Positions 30,992 to 41,825 of a stretch of 64,000 nt of DNA are shown piece by piece. The stretch is from the NCBI GenBank assembly GCA_051252375.1, contig JBPOFY010000005.1:64001-128000 (forward strand). The letters are read 5' to 3'. The first letter of the stretch is position 1; the number at the start of each line of letters is the position of its first letter. The notes beneath the pieces are model-generated. The model did not search any database. It was given only the letters and a program-made list of their open reading frames with translations, and was not told where the DNA came from. The position numbers and the translations under genes were made by a program. Source of the stretch: Opitutaceae bacterium. Lineage in GTDB: Bacteria; Verrucomicrobiota; Verrucomicrobiia; Opitutales; Coraliomargaritaceae.

Positions 30992-31609
30992 ATGTCCACA
31001 CCTGATAACATACACACAGAATTTCACCGCATGCTTGGTCGCGAGTCCAAGGAGGCGCAACTGCGTCAGCGTGGGCATGTTTTCTGGTTTTATGGGCTCT
31101 CTGGTTCTGGTAAGAGCACGCTAGCCAATGCTTTAGAGCGCAAACTCGTCGAGCTCGGCTATGTGACCAAGATTTTGGACGGGGATAATATCCGCAGCCG
31201 TTTGAACTCGGATTTGGGGTTTTCCGATGAGGATCGTCAGGAAAACATCCGTCGTATATCCGAAGTGGCCCGCCTCTTTCTCGATATGGGCGTGGTTGTT
31301 TTCTCCTCTTTCATTACTCCGAAACGTGACCTCAGAGCGTCGGCCCTCGAAATTGTTGGCTCGGAAGATATGACACCAGTTTACGTGCAAGCATCATTCG
31401 AGACATGTGCCGAGCGCGATGTGAAAGGGCTCTACGCTAAAGCCGCTGCAGGTGGCGTCAAAAACTTTACCGGTAAGGACTCCTCTTTCGAAGCACCCGA
31501 AGCGGGCGACCCAGACTGGACAATTTCGACCGATAACAAAACCGAAGAAGAATCGCTTAACGAACTGCTCGAGCAGGTCCTTCCTTTAATCAAGAAAACA
31601 GAACGCTAG
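30992..31609 (+). CDS. cysC: adenylyl-sulfate kinase
   Basis: GLSGSGKST, LDGDNIR, LGFS.EDR.ENIRR, RDVKGLY. Confidence 0.96.
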   Translation: MSTPDNIHTEFHRMLGRESKEAQLRQRGHVFWFYGLSGSGKSTLANALERKLVELGYVTKILDGDNIRSRLNSDLGFSDEDRQENIRRISEVARLFLDMGVVVFSSFITPKRDLRASALEIVGSEDMTPVYVQASFETCAERDVKGLYAKAAAGGVKNFTGKDSSFEAPEAGDPDWTISTDNKTEEESLNELLEQVLPLIKKTER

Positions 31610-31656
31610 TTCACTTCTACATTCTAACTCCTGACTTCTAAATTCTTTTAAATACC

Positions 31657-32565
<909 letters not shown>

Positions 32566-32612
32566 GTCAGCCTTCTTAGTCATTACCTATTAGCACTTAA
32601 ATATTTAAAAAC

Positions 32613-33893
32613 ATGAGCGAAGATAATAATTCAGGATACCTCGATATGGACCTACTGCGGTTTACCACTGCTGGTTCTGTAGACGACGGTAAGAGCACAT
32701 TGATCGGACGTCTGCTTTACGATAGTAAGGCAATTTTCGAAGACCAAATGGAGGCGATGGAGGTCAGCTCCAAAGCACGTGGTGACGAACACGTAAACCT
32801 CGCACTCTTGACTGACGGCCTCCGTGCCGAACGTGAGCAGGGCATCACCATCGACGTGGCATATCGCTACTTCGCCACGCCAAAGCGTAAGTTCATCATC
32901 GCTGATACACCTGGGCACATCCAATACACACGTAATATGGTGACCGGTGCTTCCACCGCGAATCTTGCGATTGTGTTGATTGATGCGCGTAAGGGTGTGA
33001 TCGAGCAAACTTGCCGTCACTCATTCATCGCCAATTTGCTGCGCATTCAGCACGTAGTTGTCTGTGTAAACAAGATGGACTTAGTTGATTGGGACGAAGG
33101 TGTTTACAATAAGATTGTCGACGACTTCAAAAGCTTCGCGTCTCGTCTCGATAATATTGTTGATGTGACATTCATTCCAGCCAGTGCGCTGATTGGTGAC
33201 AACATCGTCGATAAGTCTGAGAACATGCCTTGGTATCAAGGTCCGACACTACTTTACCATTTAGAAACCGTTTATATCGGTGCTGACGAAAATCACGTTG
33301 AAGCACGTTTCCCTGTGCAATGGGTGATTCGTCCGCATTCCGACAAGTATCATGACTTCCGTGGTTTCGCGGGTCGTGTTGCTGGTGGCGTCTTTAAACC
33401 TGGTGATGATGTCACTGTGTTGCCATCCGGTTTTACTTCGAAAATCAAAGCAATTGAGTCGATGGAAGGCCCTCAAAAGGAAGTCTTCGCGCCGATGTCC
33501 GCTACGATTACACTCGAAGACGAGATTGATATGTCTCGTGGTGATATGCTCGTGAAAGCGAACAATAGGCCAGAGCCAACACAAGATATCGATGCAATGG
33601 TCTGTTGTTTCTCTTCGGATAAGCCGCTCATTGGTGGTGGTAAATACATCCTTCGTCACACGACTAAGGAAGTGAAAGCCATTGTCACTGAAGTCTGCTA
33701 CAAGGTGAACATCAACACACTTCACAAGGTCGAGGATGACGTAACTCTTAACTTGAACGACATCGGTCGTATCAAAGTGCGCACATCTGCTCCGTTGATC
33801 GCAGACAGTTATAAGTCCAACCGTATCACCGGTAGCTTCGTGCTGATCGATGAGTTGACCAATGCGACCGTTGCGGCGGGTATGATCATCTAA
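32613..33893 (+). CDS. cysN: sulfate adenylyltransferase subunit 1
   Basis: GSVDDGKST, EREQGITIDVAYRYF, DTPGH, NKMD. Confidence 0.97.
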   Translation: MSEDNNSGYLDMDLLRFTTAGSVDDGKSTLIGRLLYDSKAIFEDQMEAMEVSSKARGDEHVNLALLTDGLRAEREQGITIDVAYRYFATPKRKFIIADTPGHIQYTRNMVTGASTANLAIVLIDARKGVIEQTCRHSFIANLLRIQHVVVCVNKMDLVDWDEGVYNKIVDDFKSFASRLDNIVDVTFIPASALIGDNIVDKSENMPWYQGPTLLYHLETVYIGADENHVEARFPVQWVIRPHSDKYHDFRGFAGRVAGGVFKPGDDVTVLPSGFTSKIKAIESMEGPQKEVFAPMSATITLEDEIDMSRGDMLVKANNRPEPTQDIDAMVCCFSSDKPLIGGGKYILRHTTKEVKAIVTEVCYKVNINTLHKVEDDVTLNLNDIGRIKVRTSAPLIADSYKSNRITGSFVLIDELTNATVAAGMII

Positions 33894-33913
33894 AGCGGAT
33901 CATTTGTAATTTC

Positions 33914-33945
33914 AAAAGGCGGTCCTTATCGGGACCGCCTTTTTT
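33914..33945 (+). terminator. terminator after cysN
   Basis: aaaaGGCGGTCCT-tatc-GGGACCGCC-tttttt. Confidence 0.85.
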
Positions 33946-33992
33946 GTGCCTCTGCTAAGAACTAGGGTATAGGCATCTTCTATCTGGTGATT

Positions 33993-34068
33993 GGTAGAGG
34001 CGGTCGTCCCGACCGCCATTGCGTTGATTCAGGCATGCTGATGGCGCTTAGGGACAAGCGCCGCTACC
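33993..34068. repeat. inverted pair of GTAG-REP-like palindromes
   Basis: ggtagaggcggtcgtcccgaccgccat and atggcgcttagggacaagcgccgctacc; related to 6890-6916. Confidence 0.75.
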
Positions 34069-34898
34069 TAGAACAATGCCAGGAGCCCTAGCAGCAAGGC
34101 ACCATCAGCGAGGATTCGGTAGTTTTCGGTGGAGAGCGCTTTGTGGAAAATGCTGAGACAATTCAGCGTCATGAGTGGTATGACTAAACTGAGCAGTAGC
34201 TTTTGAGGGACTCCTAAAAGGCTTATGAATGCGCAGAGTGCAACGACGCCAATGATTGAAGGGTGGAGGTTACGGCTTAATGAACGGACTTCCAGTGCGG
34301 TATCTACGGTGCTTTCTTTTCGACCGATCATGAGGCAATTCATCAGGCACAGGAGCGCTAAACTGCCACCCGCGGGCCATAAACCAGATGCTGGTAGAAA
34401 GACTAAAACGCCGCCGGCAAAGATCATGGCTACACACACTTCTTTCGGGAAGAAGCGCTTGGATAGTTTTTGGTTCAGTAATGTGTAGATGAGGCAGGCG
34501 GCGAGTAAGTACAAACCGTGAATGAGTTGTTCGCTCTGCAGCATGGTGAAGGCGAGGGCGATGTTGGCGATCAGAGCGACGCTCCAGATGCGCCAAAGCA
34601 CGATGCGATGCTTCGCGGCAAAGCGATGGCGCAGCGAGAGAAGTTGCTCCGGCTTGCGTTGTTGCACATCAAACAATCGGTCGGCCATATAGGTCAGCCA
34701 CACAGATAGCCCGAGCACTATTTGGGCGGAGATGGACAACGTGAAATGAATGCTCTGCGCGAAGATGCTTTGCCAGATCACTGCGATCATTGCGGCGTCG
34801 ATCGCTAGAACGTTCGGCCATTGCCACAGTCTTGTTTGGCTGACGGACGGCGGGGTCGGCGATTCCACCCCGGCAATGGCGTTCTTGCTACTGTTCAT
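34068..34898 (-). CDS. multi-pass membrane protein, function unknown
   Basis: Several hydrophobic segments; YMADRLFD motif is weakly UbiA-like; overlaps the helicase stop, so probably coupled. Confidence 0.65.
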   Translation of the reverse strand: MNSSKNAIAGVESPTPPSVSQTRLWQWPNVLAIDAAMIAVIWQSIFAQSIHFTLSISAQIVLGLSVWLTYMADRLFDVQQRKPEQLLSLRHRFAAKHRIVLWRIWSVALIANIALAFTMLQSEQLIHGLYLLAACLIYTLLNQKLSKRFFPKEVCVAMIFAGGVLVFLPASGLWPAGGSLALLCLMNCLMIGRKESTVDTALEVRSLSRNLHPSIIGVVALCAFISLLGVPQKLLLSLVIPLMTLNCLSIFHKALSTENYRILADGALLLGLLALF

Positions 34899-37230
34899 TT
34901 TCGTTCGCTAACCAATCAAGTAGTGCGGCGTCATTACGTAGCTCGACGGCATCTTGGTATTCGGGGGCGAGTTGCTCTTTGTAGGCAGCTTCTGCGTAGC
35001 GTTTGCCGTGGAGTAAGACTTTGGCGCGTTGGCCCGGAGCGCGCACGATGCGGCCGAGCGCTTGATGGATGCGGCGCATGGCGGGGATGATATAGACGTC
35101 GCGGAAGTTCTCGTCGCGGGAGAGGGACGGGTGGGCATCCATCTTGGCTTTTTGCACCGAGTTTACTTCAGGAAGGGCCGGACCGACGATCATCACGGTG
35201 TTGATCTGACCGCCAAGTTTGTCGACACCCTCTGCGTAGCTGGAGCCAAGGATCAGGAATAGGCTGTCGGCCATGAGCAGACCTTCGTCTATGAATGTTT
35301 CTTGGGCTGCTAGATCGACACCTCTCGGTTGTAGCATGACGCGGGCGGCTGGATCGATGGCGTTCAGGTAAGCCTGTATGTTTTCCGCATACAAGTATGA
35401 GGCAAAGAACACAGCGACGGGCACGGCAGGGCTCTGTGCGATCAAAGCTGCGATTGTGCGAGCGGTGGTTTCATAGTATTTCTCGCGTTGAGTATAGCGT
35501 GTATCGACGCGGCAATCGATGGCGACATCGTAGGCGTGGTCACGCCAAGGAGCATGGCCGATTGCGAGGGTGGTGCCTTCTTTCGTCAATCCGCAGCTAT
35601 CGCGAAAGGATTGTATCGGTTGTAGCGTCGCCGACATGAGTAGGCTGCTGCCGAATGGCTGGATGCAGCGAGCGATCCATTTGCTAGCGTCGAGGCAAGT
35701 GGTTTCGAAGGTGTTGGCTCGCGGTATCCAATGGTGCCATTCGTGGCTGGGTTCGGCGAGGCGTTGTGCCAGCTCAGGAATGCGCCAAATGAGGTCGAGC
35801 GCAAAGGGAGCAATTTGCTCGTATTCAAAATGAGCTTCTTTGAGTTGCCGGGTGAAGTCTTCGCAGAGGTCGAGTAGTTCGTAGGCGGCGTTACCGCTCA
35901 GTGCTTGATCTGATTTTTGGGCATCGATGCAGCGGCTGAGCTCGTTGCCAATCGAGATTAAACGGCGAGGCGCACCGGCGGCGCGAAGTTCTTCGAGGGC
36001 GAAGAGAAGTTCGCCCGTGTTGATTTGCACGCTGAGCGCGTCGGCCACACGGTCGGGTAAATTATGAGCTTCATCAATAATCAATAAGGTCTTGGCGGGG
36101 TCGAAGCCCTGTTGCTCTAAGAAGACGGATTGGCTGGCTGGTGCGAAGATGTAGTTGCTGTCGCCGATCCAGATTTCGGCAAAGGGTAGGCAGCCTTTAG
36201 TTAGCGCATAAGGGCACACGCCTGTTTCCGCGCCGAGCGCTTTTGATCGTTCTAAACTGAAGGTGGCATCCTGAAATAGTTCGGGTGGATGGATGCCCGC
36301 TTCGAGCCAGCGTTGCCCGAGGTCTTCGTTGCACTGTGCGTCTCCCGTGCAAGTGTGAGCGGCGCTGTCGATCGCATGCTCATGCCGATTGCGCATTTGG
36401 ATGTAACGCACTTGGTCGCCGATCATGCCGCGTAGTTGGCGAATGGTTTCCAGTTGCCCAGTAGATTTACTGGTGAGGTAGATGCAGCGCTCGTAGAGTC
36501 CGCTTTGCATCTGGCGCAGGGCGTGTTCGAGGACGATGCCGGTTTTGCCAAACCCAGTCGGTGCTTCGAGGAGAACGGTCTTCGATTGGAGGCTGGCCTT
36601 TTCTAAAGTTTCAAACAGTTCTGCCTGACCTTCTCGCAAGTCCGTGAAGGCGGGTTGTATGACGGCGTCGGCGAGTTGAATACGGCAATTCCGCCGATCA
36701 TTGAGAAAGGGGATCAGTGCGTCTAGTTGCTGAGTGAAGATGTCGGCGTCTTCATCTGTTAACGGCACGCCTTGAATCGCACCGTTGGTGATATCGATAA
36801 ACTGTAGTTCCGCGGTCAGTGTTTTGTCGGCATATTCCGGCAGCACGCGGGCGAGTCCGAGATAGATCGCGACTTGCGCGAAATGGTCCGGATAGCGTTC
36901 GGTAAGTGCTTCGCGACTCGCAGGCAGTGGGGTGCGGATCGTTTTGACCTCCCGGATACAGAGTGCGTCTGCTTGTGGCAGAAGTTGGTCGATTCGACCC
37001 TGAATGTGGAAGGTCCAGTCGCGGTGCCGCCATTGTCCTTTTAGGGTCACTTCGAATTGCGCTTCCGGCTCAATCGCGCGGGTTTGTTGCTCGGATGTTT
37101 TATGCCATTCTTGTCCGACTGCCGCACGCCATGCTTGCCAGCCGTCACCATCGCCGGTGGGCGCATTGCGGTAAGCCGCTAGTTCGCGCACACTCAGTTG
37201 CACGCTTCGAGCGATGGGATCAATTTGCAT
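34888..37230 (-). CDS. DinG/Rad3-type helicase with N-terminal PD-(D/E)XK nuclease domain
   Basis: GRIDQ...EVKT...QVAIY nuclease motifs; APTGFGKT, IIDEAHNL, SATL and QALGRIVR helicase motifs. Confidence 0.88.
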   Translation of the reverse strand: MQIDPIARSVQLSVRELAAYRNAPTGDGDGWQAWRAAVGQEWHKTSEQQTRAIEPEAQFEVTLKGQWRHRDWTFHIQGRIDQLLPQADALCIREVKTIRTPLPASREALTERYPDHFAQVAIYLGLARVLPEYADKTLTAELQFIDITNGAIQGVPLTDEDADIFTQQLDALIPFLNDRRNCRIQLADAVIQPAFTDLREGQAELFETLEKASLQSKTVLLEAPTGFGKTGIVLEHALRQMQSGLYERCIYLTSKSTGQLETIRQLRGMIGDQVRYIQMRNRHEHAIDSAAHTCTGDAQCNEDLGQRWLEAGIHPPELFQDATFSLERSKALGAETGVCPYALTKGCLPFAEIWIGDSNYIFAPASQSVFLEQQGFDPAKTLLIIDEAHNLPDRVADALSVQINTGELLFALEELRAAGAPRRLISIGNELSRCIDAQKSDQALSGNAAYELLDLCEDFTRQLKEAHFEYEQIAPFALDLIWRIPELAQRLAEPSHEWHHWIPRANTFETTCLDASKWIARCIQPFGSSLLMSATLQPIQSFRDSCGLTKEGTTLAIGHAPWRDHAYDVAIDCRVDTRYTQREKYYETTARTIAALIAQSPAVPVAVFFASYLYAENIQAYLNAIDPAARVMLQPRGVDLAAQETFIDEGLLMADSLFLILGSSYAEGVDKLGGQINTVMIVGPALPEVNSVQKAKMDAHPSLSRDENFRDVYIIPAMRRIHQALGRIVRAPGQRAKVLLHGKRYAEAAYKEQLAPEYQDAVELRNDAALLDWLANENEQ

Positions 37231-37312
37231 CGTCAGTGATGGCTGCTGAATCCCGCCCTGAGGTCAAGCATTGGTGCTGTCTGTCGCTCGGATCGTGAAA
37301 TCGGAGTGTGCA

Positions 37313-38152
37313 TTATTGCGCTACGGGGCGCTGACGGAGCACAGGTGTCTTATCGATCGGGGTGTAGAAAATCTTTGTATCTAGATCGACGTTCGGCGTG
37401 ATGCTATCGAATGTGATGGTGCCAAAAGCAGAGCCCTCAACTAGTAAATCGATTTGCTTTGGGAGGAGCACTCCGTTGACTTTTGCGAAACGTGTAGCGC
37501 GGTAGTCGAGGTATTCTTCGACGCCGGCAATTGTGCCGAGTCCGCCCCAGCGAGTGAGGAGGAAGGTTTCTTTATCGAAGTAAAACCACGTGCGCTCGTC
37601 CTTTTTGCCATAGCCGACGACAACATGAGCAGGGCGTCCGCCGACTTTGTCCGCTCCCTGATATTTAAAATCGTAGGCTGCTTTGAGTGGCACGACGACT
37701 GGTTGGATGAACCAGCGTTGATTGATGAAGTGTTGGGCGTCGCGTCCGCCGTATGGTTTGGCGGGGAATTCTTTGGGAGACAGTTTTTGAGTCCAAGCAT
37801 TCACGCCATCGAAGGACGTGACTTCGACATATTCGCGACCGAGTAGTCGCCATGAGAAAGTCAGCTTGCGTTTGCCATCCTGTGTTTCGATGAGTTCGAA
37901 CTTTTTGGTTTTGCCGGCTTCTTCGATGGTGCCTTTGGCAACAATGTTGCGCAGGTTGATGTGCGCTTGTTTACCGCCCGTCACCGCGAGGAAATTCTGG
38001 ATCAATTGACGACTCGCTTTATCGGTTTCTTTCGGCCGTGGGCTGACTTGCACTGCGGGCTCCTCGGTCGGCGCTGGTGTCTCTTGAGCCCAAGAGGCAC
38101 AGGGCACGCTGCAGGCGAGAAGGAGTAGAGGGGCAATTTTTAAGTAATTCAT
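37313..38152 (-). CDS. secreted hypothetical protein (LolA-like fold possible)
   Basis: Signal peptide; A.GG, FDG..AW, YFDKETFL, Y....KVNGVLLP pattern. Confidence 0.6.
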   Translation of the reverse strand: MNYLKIAPLLLLACSVPCASWAQETPAPTEEPAVQVSPRPKETDKASRQLIQNFLAVTGGKQAHINLRNIVAKGTIEEAGKTKKFELIETQDGKRKLTFSWRLLGREYVEVTSFDGVNAWTQKLSPKEFPAKPYGGRDAQHFINQRWFIQPVVVPLKAAYDFKYQGADKVGGRPAHVVVGYGKKDERTWFYFDKETFLLTRWGGLGTIAGVEEYLDYRATRFAKVNGVLLPKQIDLLVEGSAFGTITFDSITPNVDLDTKIFYTPIDKTPVLRQRPVAQ

Positions 38153-38240
38153 CTTAGTTCTTTCCTGAAAAAAAGGTTTCCATGCGCGTCGGTGAGTCTA
38201 GTGTCCTAAAAGTTTTCAAAAATCACAACCTGATTTAATT

Positions 38241-39176
38241 ATGCGTATACTTATTACTGGAGGAGCCGGTTTCCTCGGAAGCCACCTGTGTGACCGTCTT
38301 TTAGACGAGGGACATGAAGTCATCTGCTTGGATAACTTTTTTACCGGGCGCCGCAGTAATGTGCTGCATCTGCTGGAAAATCCGAACTTCGAGCTCATGC
38401 GGCACGATGTGATCGATCCATTTAAGGCAGAGGTTGATCAAATCTACAATCTGGCATGCCCAGCTTCGCCGATTCATTATCAGTATAATGCTATCAAGAC
38501 GATGAAGACTTCCGTGATGGGAGCGATCAACTGTCTAGGGCTTGCTAAACGTCTCAACGCACGTGTCTTCCAAGCCTCGACTTCTGAAGTCTATGGTGAC
38601 CCCTCGGTGCATCCGCAGCCGGAAGAATATTGGGGCAACGTGAATCCGATCGGCATTCGCTCCTGCTACGACGAAGGTAAGCGCGCGGCGGAAACCCTCT
38701 TTATGGACTATCACCGCCAGAACGGGGTGGATATCCGTATTGTTCGTATCTTTAATACCTACGGACCTCGTATGCGCCCGGATGACGGCCGTGTGGTTTC
38801 CAACTTCATCGTGCAAGCCCTGCAAGGCAAAGACATCACCGTCTATGGTGAAGGTCAGCAAACGCGTTCTTTCTGCTACTGCGATGATTTGATCGAAGGC
38901 TTCGTCGGTTTGATGAATCAAGATCAGACTGTCGGTCCGATGAATATCGGTAATCCGAATGAATTCACGATTTTGGAGCTCGCAGAGAAAGTCATCGCTC
39001 AGACTGGCAGTAAGTCGAAGATCATCCACGAAGCGCTGCCATCGGACGATCCGAAGCAACGCCAACCGGACATCACACAAGCCAGAAAAGTGCTTGGTTG
39101 GGAGCCTAAGGTCTCACTCGAAGAGGGCCTTAAGCCGACCATTGAATACTTTGATCAGCTGCTGAAAAAAGGCTGA
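38241..39176 (+). CDS. uxs: UDP-glucuronate decarboxylase (UDP-xylose synthase) family
   Basis: [46 protein letters not shown]. Confidence 0.93.
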   Translation: MRILITGGAGFLGSHLCDRLLDEGHEVICLDNFFTGRRSNVLHLLENPNFELMRHDVIDPFKAEVDQIYNLACPASPIHYQYNAIKTMKTSVMGAINCLGLAKRLNARVFQASTSEVYGDPSVHPQPEEYWGNVNPIGIRSCYDEGKRAAETLFMDYHRQNGVDIRIVRIFNTYGPRMRPDDGRVVSNFIVQALQGKDITVYGEGQQTRSFCYCDDLIEGFVGLMNQDQTVGPMNIGNPNEFTILELAEKVIAQTGSKSKIIHEALPSDDPKQRQPDITQARKVLGWEPKVSLEEGLKPTIEYFDQLLKKG

Positions 39177-39193
39177 ACGTCGGCTAAACAATA

Positions 39194-39255
39194 ACACGGC
39201 AGGGGACTGCCGTGGCTACAATTTCATGATGTAGCCACGTCACTCTGTGACGTGT
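39194..39255. repeat. GTAG-REP doublet (TGTAGCCACG family)
   Basis: acacggcaggggactgccgtggctaca + tgtagccacgtcactctgtgacgtgt, between convergent genes. Confidence 0.85.
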
Positions 39256-39260
39256 CCCGG

Positions 39261-40472
39261 CTAAGGCTCAATTGGTCTTGCGCCCCATCTTGGATGTTTG
39301 CGGACGAACTCGAATAGCACCACGGAGAGGGCGATCAGCACTAGCCCGACGATGGCGACTACTTTGGGCGCGGATTGACTGAGGATCCAATACCCTATGA
39401 AGGGTGCCAGCGTGCCGCGAAACCCCGTAAGTGCCATGTGGATGCTCATGTAGGAAGAAGCTTTCTCGTCGGGTGCGATCTTAGTCACCCATAGACTCCA
39501 GACGATCTTGCCGCCGCCCATTGCAACACCGAGCAGTGCCATCGCGAAAGTCAGTAGCACTAAGTTGGTCGTGAAAAAGAAGCATGCGATACTGAGCATG
39601 AAAAAGACATTCAGCAGGTTGCGCGTGGTGATCAGGTGCAGCCGATCAAAGAAATGGCCCCACAGTTTGGTGCTGAGCACACGCGCCGTTGCGGGCACGA
39701 TGAGCACCAGAAACGCAATCGAGGTATTACTCGCATTCACGCCATAGTCAGGGTTGGCGAGATATTCGACACGAATTGGTAGGGTGATGAGGTTGCCAAA
39801 CCCGAGCAGCATCCAACTGCCGAGGAGATAACCAAACAGTTTATCTTTCCAAATCAGACTAAAGCTCTGCCATGGATTGCCGATGTGCTCGGTCGTAAGT
39901 GCTTTGCTCGGTATCCGTGAGACCGCCCATGCCGCGCCCACAGCTGCCAGTGTGATGACTGCAAAGAGTATGCGGTAGTTATTGATGGAGGCGTCAAGTA
40001 GCTTGCCGCCAAAGTAAGCGAAGAGACTTGCGCAGAGCGCCATCAGAATAAACGGCACCGTCATTCGGCTGCCACGTTCTTTAGAGGTATAATTATCGGA
40101 GTAGATCTGCAGCATCAACGGACCTTGCTGAGCCGTCGCAATCTGGCTGAGCATGATCAGTAAGGTGAAGATTAGCAGGCTTTGCGCGAGTGTCGCACCC
40201 ACCATCAGCACCGCCGAGGCACCAAACATACAAGCACAAGCGAGACTCGAACGATAACGCAATTTCGCCACCAAGTAGAGTGTCAGCGGAGTGAGCAAAA
40301 ACCCCATCGACCACGCGCCAGCGATAAATGATTTATATTTATCAGGTGCTTCGAAATAGCGAATCGCGATGACCAGTGCAAACGTGCTCCAACCAGCCTC
40401 GAGTATCCCGTAGAACGGCGCCCGAAGGATGTCGTAGCGATAGGTTTGCTCGGCTTTGGAGGATGTGCTCAT
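39261..40472 (-). CDS. MFS transporter
   Basis: ~12 hydrophobic segments in 403 aa; WG.FFDR and RG.LAP..G MFS-like loops. Confidence 0.8.
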   Translation of the reverse strand: MSTSSKAEQTYRYDILRAPFYGILEAGWSTFALVIAIRYFEAPDKYKSFIAGAWSMGFLLTPLTLYLVAKLRYRSSLACACMFGASAVLMVGATLAQSLLIFTLLIMLSQIATAQQGPLMLQIYSDNYTSKERGSRMTVPFILMALCASLFAYFGGKLLDASINNYRILFAVITLAAVGAAWAVSRIPSKALTTEHIGNPWQSFSLIWKDKLFGYLLGSWMLLGFGNLITLPIRVEYLANPDYGVNASNTSIAFLVLIVPATARVLSTKLWGHFFDRLHLITTRNLLNVFFMLSIACFFFTTNLVLLTFAMALLGVAMGGGKIVWSLWVTKIAPDEKASSYMSIHMALTGFRGTLAPFIGYWILSQSAPKVVAIVGLVLIALSVVLFEFVRKHPRWGARPIEP

Positions 40473-40477
40473 AGTGT

Positions 40478-40680
40478 CTTAATCGTAATCTTACTCATAA
40501 TCCCTTTATACGTTGTGATAGGCATGTGGAGATTGGGAGTAAGATTACGATTAAGGTTCGGGCAAATGGAGGGCGGTGCTCCGTCGCCGCCGCAGATACT
40601 TCGTGACAGTGAGCGCGCAACCCTGCAGCTACCTATTCTCCGTAGAGATTAGGAGTAAGAGTAAGAGTAAGATTAGGATA
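40478..40680. repeat. hexamer arrays (GAGTAA/GATTAA-like, inverted pair) plus a truncated TGGAG-REP doublet
   Basis: cttaatcgtaatcttactc (40478) is the reverse complement of gagtaagattacgattaag (40537); REP 40567-40631; gattaggagtaagagtaagagtaagattagg at 40647. Confidence 0.75.
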
Positions 40681-40684
40681 GATC

Positions 40685-41668
40685 CTATCGGCTCCAATCC
40701 AACATGCGCTTGAGTGGCACGTAGGCTTGTTCACGGACGGCTTCATCCATCTCAATTGCTGGCGCCATGTCGCGCAAGCAGTTGCGGAGCTTTTCGATCG
40801 TATTCATCTTCATGAAACGGCAATCATTGCACGCACAAGTGTCGGTCGGTCCAGCAATGAAAGTCTTGTCGGGTGCTTCACGTTGTAAGCGGTGGATCAT
40901 GCCTGTTTCCGTGATAATGATAAATTGCTCGGCATCGCTGTCCTTACAGAAACCGATCATTTTTTCTGTGCTGCAAACGATGTCCGCATTGTCGCGAACG
41001 GTTTCTACGCATTCTGGGTGAGCGACGACGAGTGCGTCCGGGAATTTCAGTTTGAGCGCTTCGATCGCTTGCTGAGTGAACAGCACGTGTGCGTAACAAG
41101 AGCCGGGCCAGAGTTGCATCGCGCGACCAGTTTGCTTCGACACCCATTGACCGAGGTTTTGATCCGGGACGAACAATATGTCGCGGTCAGCCGGCACGTT
41201 ATCGATAATGGTTTTCGCATTGCCGCTGGTGCAAATCACATCGCAAAGCGCCTTCACCGCGGCCGAGCAATTGATGTAGGCAACCACATAAACATTCGGG
41301 TTGGCGGCTTTGTAAGCGGCTAACTTCTCAGCAGGGCAGGAATCAGCCAGTGAGCAACCCGCATTCATGTCCGGCAGGAGCACGGTCTTGGTAGGGTTTA
41401 CGATCTTGGCGGTTTCGGCCATGAAGTGGACGCCACAAAATACGATGCAGTCGGCTTCCGCTTCGGCCGCATGATAGGCCAGCCCGAGGGAATCGCCCAC
41501 ATAATCGGCTACCCGTTGAATCTCATCGACCTGGTAGTTGTGAGCCAGGATCACTGCATTGCGCTCTTTCTTCAGCGCGAGCACTTCCAATTGCAGCGCA
41601 GAGAGCGGAGCTTCCTCAGCGCGAGGAGTGAAAACCATGGGTTCGTAATTAAGTGTCGCAGTAGCCAT
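40685..41668 (-). CDS. nadA: quinolinate synthase
   Basis: ILAHNYQ, GDSL, FCGVHFMAETAK, AGCSLA, AHPEC, C.FMKMNT. Confidence 0.96.
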   Translation of the reverse strand: MATATLNYEPMVFTPRAEEAPLSALQLEVLALKKERNAVILAHNYQVDEIQRVADYVGDSLGLAYHAAEAEADCIVFCGVHFMAETAKIVNPTKTVLLPDMNAGCSLADSCPAEKLAAYKAANPNVYVVAYINCSAAVKALCDVICTSGNAKTIIDNVPADRDILFVPDQNLGQWVSKQTGRAMQLWPGSCYAHVLFTQQAIEALKLKFPDALVVAHPECVETVRDNADIVCSTEKMIGFCKDSDAEQFIIITETGMIHRLQREAPDKTFIAGPTDTCACNDCRFMKMNTIEKLRNCLRDMAPAIEMDEAVREQAYVPLKRMLDWSR

Positions 41669-41825
41669 AATGCAGGAAATAAAGCGTAAAGAATCAGTGG
41701 CGGGCGGATTTAAGTCAAGTCTGGGCGTGGTGGTGTGGCGTTAGCCCATCCTAAGCATACAACTTCTCTCGCTCAACTGACGAACGGCGTGTTCGGAGAA
41801 CCCGCCCTACCTTTTGAAGTCATCA

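Noticed and set aside
34888..37230. Type IV CRISPR CasDinG or Cas4
   Set aside because: No cas operon or array; the architecture fits stand-alone nuclease-DinG helicases.
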